DNA from: Setoptus koraiensis
Taxonomy: Eukaryota > Animalia > Arthropoda
DNA length: 64,000 bases
Direction: 5' to 3'
NCBI GenBank assembly: GCA_048013815.1
Contig: CM106586.1
Location: forward strand, 16,244,001 to 16,308,000
Every line of letters begins with the position of its first letter. Within the stretch, counting starts at the first letter, position 1. The notes below the pieces were generated by a model. That model did no database searches. It had not been told where the DNA came from and saw only the letters and a list, made by a program, of their open reading frames with translations. This document shows positions 61,101-64,000 of the stretch, piece after piece. Position numbers and translations under genes: made by a program.

Positions 61101-64000
61101 GTTCATGTAAACTATTTGCCAATCGGGACGAGATCGGTGCTTCAAACCATCCGCCGTCTCTGTTATCAATTTTAAATTATGCTCGGAGGAATGAGTGTAC
61201 TCACCGCCAATAATTTGTATGCCGTGTCTCTTGGAAACTGATGACCAATAGTAAATCTGAAATTTGTTTAAAGAGGCAGTAAATCTCACATCTCTAAATA
61301 TCCTACCGAATGACGGTTTCTTCGGCTTAATGTTGTTGAATAGTTTGCCGCGCCTTGTGAGCTTCGATGGACCAACAAAAATAAACTTTTGCGCTTCTAA
61401 CCAACGAACTGTGGAACCAAAAAATAACGCCGATGGTATATTTTCGGCATTTAATGACGATGTTGGTGATGTACATTGAGTTTCAACGTTCAACTTCAAA
61501 CTGAGACTTTGTGATCTGAAACTTCTATAACTGTCGTGGGTGTGATGACTACTATAATCGGGTACTTTGTCAGGAGCACATGGCATGACAGAATGATGAT
61601 CGTGCTGATTACCACAACAGTTCCAATCTAGTTTGACAGTTATATCAATATTGGGTAAATGTATGAAGCGGCACTCGTCATACTTTGATGCTGTGTGAAG
61701 TAGACAATCGAGATCTCCCTTGATTCTAACATTTCCTGTTGTCCAGTCGATGGATGATCTCGCCAACGAGAGTTCTATAAGTTCTGTGGTATTGTAAGGA
61801 TCATTAGAGGCATGGAGAACTACGGACAACTGATTGCAGTTCACTTTGAGCGGTCCGTGAAAGATAAATCTCATTTTATCCCACCAGGGAAGTGACAGAC
61901 TTGGGTCGCTCGAAGCCGATATAATGTTATCAAATGCGAGGGATACTTGTGCCAGGACTGGCTCCCAACAGGGACCGTGGTAATAGCAGGCGTTGGTGGC
62001 TCTCAGTTGTAAGTTGTGATACCATTTCATGGGTGTCATCGACCTCTCAACCGTAGCTGGGGGCACATTGTTGCCAACATAGACCTTACACGATCTACGA
62101 GCTCGCGCAACCGCCAATTGTTCCACACCCATTAGAGTTCCTTTAATCATCAGATCTTTGAAACTTAGCATGGATAGTGGAAAATCTCTGAGTGATATCT
62201 CAGCGTTTTTGAAGTTAGCCGATATGAGTCTGCACCAAAGTGTCGTGAATTTGATATCATCAGGCATTGGACTTTCTGGATTGAGGGTTTTAATCATATT
62301 CTTTAAATCATGATGCTTGTGAAAACTCGAATCAGCAACAACCTTCAGATATGAGTCTTCAAGTAGCACTGTAAACAATGCAAGATGTCGACTTTCATTA
62401 TATAATTGCTTAGATCGTTGAATATAAATGTCAGCGTTCTTCTTAGCTAAGGAACGATTCAACTCCTCCATGGTGGAAGGAGGCATCAGATTAGTTCTTC
62501 TGAGTTCATTAATCTTATCTTGAAGGGTCTGATCCCGTTTCAGTTGCTCATGATATTCATCTTCGAGAAGCATGAAATTGTTTCTGAGTTTAGTCTCGAA
62601 TGGATCATCTTCTATTTCCATAATAAATTTGTCAATCTTAAAGCTAAGATCAGGACCAATCTTGCTGGCTGAAATATTTGATTGAGAATTGCGTGGATGA
62701 TATTGTTTCAACCATTTGATTATACCCATGAATCTCTCGTTGAAAGCAGTTGCAAAATCATAATTATAAGGAAATAATGAAGAAACGGTGCCAATCTCTA
62801 CAGATATTAGCTCGTTTGTTGGTGACTGCAGTTTCATGCCGCAACTGTTTTGCTCTCTGTCCAATATCGAAGGGAATCCCGGGTCAGGGTAAAACGATAC
62901 GCTAAGTAGATTACATGTCAACATAGTATTTTCGTCAAAATGCAAACAAATAAGATCTGATTTAATAGTTTTAAGGCCAGGAAATTCCGCCTCAATTGTC
63001 AGGGAATGAGTATCAATGCATATTGTCTGCTCATCTTGCGATAACAATGCTCCGAAGCTCATTCTCCCTTTTAGTTCTAATTTCATGGATAATGGGGATG
63101 GCGTAGTTGTCGCTGGATGCTGCTGAGAATTTGGGACCGACGAAGGGATTTGGCGAATTTTGCGCTTGACAGTTCTAATAGAGCGGTTAATATTGCTTAT
63201 TAAATCGACTAGACTAATGTGGAATGCAATATTCCATTGTAAAAAGCAGTCTCCATTGATATTAAAATCTAAACTGCGATTGGCTATGTCATAGCTGGTT
63301 TGTAGATTTTCAATAAACAAAATTCTTTGTTTTGTTAATTCTTCAGGCAATTCGGAGAACTTTCTAACTTCAGGCACACTCAGATCGCTTATTATTACCC
63401 TATTCAAATCAATCATTAGACTCTTGGAAAATGGTGACGATTGCACACTCAGAGATTCAATGCGGTAGACGAAACTCGACATCTCGATCGCTATGGCTCC
63501 CGTAACTAGATTGAACGTTCTTGTATCTCCGTGAGTTTGATTGAAACGTAATCCTGACATAGTCATCCTGATACTCTGGGGAGTCCTGTTGTGGCTCGTT
63601 ACGACTGCAGTTTGCTCTATGATGATGCTACCTCCTTTGATTTCAATCAATCTCATGAGTTGCGACAGAAAGCCTCTTCGCTGAGCGCCTGACGGCCTTT
63701 CTTGGGATGCTCTATGCCTATTTCGGACTGGTGGGCGAGGCTCATTTTGGCAATTTCTCACTGATTCAATGAGGCCCAAGTCTTTAGTGGTTATCTTCAA
63801 TGTTGTAAAACAAAGAGCAATTCTTGAGGTGCAAGTTACATCGAAGTAACTGCTGGACAACCATAGGTGTTCTAATTCTATTCTGGTGCCATCGAGATGG
63901 GGCAATCTCAGATTGACACCTCGCAATGATATAAGTCCAAATTTGCTAATACTCGATTCAATTGAATGTTCCCTCTTCAAATAAAACACTGCGTAATAGG
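58200..64000 (-). CDS. BLTP2: Hobbit/KIAA0100/BLTP2 bridge-like lipid transfer protein (FMP27 family); 5' end beyond the window
   Basis: At least 1,929 codons in a single frame. Motifs: DDPFETKLRNNF..LEDEYHEQLKR, LRDFPL, GPCWEP, LPWWDKMRF, YDECRFIHLPN, VPDYSSHHTHDSYRSFRS, NSQQYAMIMDMINNLLLYVEP, APVAGISVKEHLEVNVVP, DDIEKMRERA and TWTWLDLLLALK. The frame stays open to the window edge. Confidence 0.93.
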   Translation of the reverse strand, partial: YYAVFYLKREHSIESSISKFGLISLRGVNLRLPHLDGTRIELEHLWLSSSYFDVTCTSRIALCFTTLKITTKDLGLIESVRNCQNEPRPPVRNRHRASQERPSGAQRRGFLSQLMRLIEIKGGSIIIEQTAVVTSHNRTPQSIRMTMSGLRFNQTHGDTRTFNLVTGAIAIEMSSFVYRIESLSVQSSPFSKSLMIDLNRVIISDLSVPEVRKFSELPEELTKQRILFIENLQTSYDIANRSLDFNINGDCFLQWNIAFHISLVDLISNINRSIRTVKRKIRQIPSSVPNSQQHPATTTPSPLSMKLELKGRMSFGALLSQDEQTICIDTHSLTIEAEFPGLKTIKSDLICLHFDENTMLTCNLLSVSFYPDPGFPSILDREQNSCGMKLQSPTNELISVEIGTVSSLFPYNYDFATAFNERFMGIIKWLKQYHPRNSQSNISASKIGPDLSFKIDKFIMEIEDDPFETKLRNNFMLLEDEYHEQLKRDQTLQDKINELRRTNLMPPSTMEELNRSLAKKNADIYIQRSKQLYNESRHLALFTVLLEDSYLKVVADSSFHKHHDLKNMIKTLNPESPMPDDIKFTTLWCRLISANFKNAEISLRDFPLSMLSFKDLMIKGTLMGVEQLAVARARRSCKVYVGNNVPPATVERSMTPMKWYHNLQLRATNACYYHGPCWEPVLAQVSLAFDNIISASSDPSLSLPWWDKMRFIFHGPLKVNCNQLSVVLHASNDPYNTTELIELSLARSSIDWTTGNVRIKGDLDCLLHTASKYDECRFIHLPNIDITVKLDWNCCGNQHDHHSVMPCAPDKVPDYSSHHTHDSYRSFRSQSLSLKLNVETQCTSPTSSLNAENIPSALFFGSTVRWLEAQKFIFVGPSKLTRRGKLFNNIKPKKPSFGRIFRDVRFTASLNKFQIYYWSSVSKRHGIQIIGGEYTHSSEHNLKLITETADGLKHRSRPDWQIVYMNSELSSVEIWLHNRMFDDMEEFKDSNFQSNQKNRQYFLSFNKVSYNKEAQLKNTDSLNEFTTASAETTNETHSSDGTYTAGNDEQTPNHRLIVHDLKGAWTKANRDVVSGIFDAFMNSQQLKRNLSTDALKPICIEGSHVNPHHQPYPNSGSPPYRHQRHPSTTSNVITNSTTSPVSTISKSRAVSMLHKLIADSENNPTVYTEESHGGVANKTHLYGVEACQTDDIVYLNCLIELVNSQVMLCGCETPGYIIVSAAETQIRHRVHLPVWKNRTLLSKTSWTGSLKCMQYYATVDGSTNIIPSLNLANSESKIQWLDPENIGSENTISELTDLVGSGHSVGGVVSPVVGKLERSNSDEPSPIQLQRIISRCGCLFYYASHTEGLPEELIDLIPPLPDDDIFIEPWDKEVGVDSFTLTHHDLEISTNSQQYAMIMDMINNLLLYVEPHKKTAFEKLERMRFRFQLSSDEDQREPISKLQDQVRHYVAYLKRLERERYLIYRASIDDQIKPESGQDYRRSLSSLSCEIIQIKEQLLSASEELAMMISCYKEMQLGAHKAQEQQAASQQGSGAFFANVIKRDEICFKNARWRMTDSDGQLGLADIVLRNFLYSKVAKSDDSVEHTIELGHLHVSNLIPNQPYKNVLHPTELQANIPLDRHRALRIYCRELAPVAGISVKEHLEVNVVPFTIEVTLQFFQKMLKFFFPEKDAATTESSKSKRGADSSGEHQLRLRRRKDKPQINDTPTTYLGKQIINGSNSISSSITGGVNSGFNNGLGTASKNFDDISTMSTISATSLASSATATSVNSAQKRGDDIEKMRERASKNHTFVYVKVPGIPIRVSYKGKKQKSVTDLKNVSLTLPTFEYHNSTWTWLDLLLALKNDSKHTVIKQALKQKMKIRPSSIWSKSVNHDHQPSVESTSKEKNTATTDDDKARLLLGQYAKRRPSDLSIADTSSLNMSSQMDGPSIK

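Overview
Eukaryotic (animal, arthropod-like) genomic DNA. The compact, intron-poor genes and (CA)n/polyQ-rich spacers suggest a mite-type genome, which is an inference. The window has two compositional regimes. Positions ~2.5-42 kb are GC-, CpG- and microsatellite-rich and gene-sparse. They hold a ZP-domain cuticle gene, a small orphan two-exon gene with a BAD-like BH3-type motif, a single-exon ~2,165-aa Gln/Tyr/Pro-rich secreted-looking protein and a ~15 kb ORF desert, with an AT-rich p68/Rm62 helicase island. Positions 1-2.2 kb and 42-64 kb are AT-rich, gene-dense housekeeping sequence: Patronin (partial), RanBP9/10, a choline-phosphate cytidylyltransferase, HDAC3, U1C, DNAJC16, galectin, LACTB and Hobbit/BLTP2 (partial). 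The strongest second-look items are: (1) a tandem two-domain CCT with a dead N-terminal domain, an intact C-terminal domain and no membrane-binding tail; (2) an apparently perfect 1,054-bp direct duplication of the HDAC3-3'/U1C-3' region flanking a 3,986-bp DNAJC16-carrying insert; (3) the BH3-like orphan; (4) the giant orphan protein, with a PUF-element array in its 3' UTR and a PAR-bZIP-site-rich upstream desert; (5) a candidate poison exon in the conserved p68/DBP2 intron. No tRNA, rRNA, CRISPR or recognisable transposon was found by eye.
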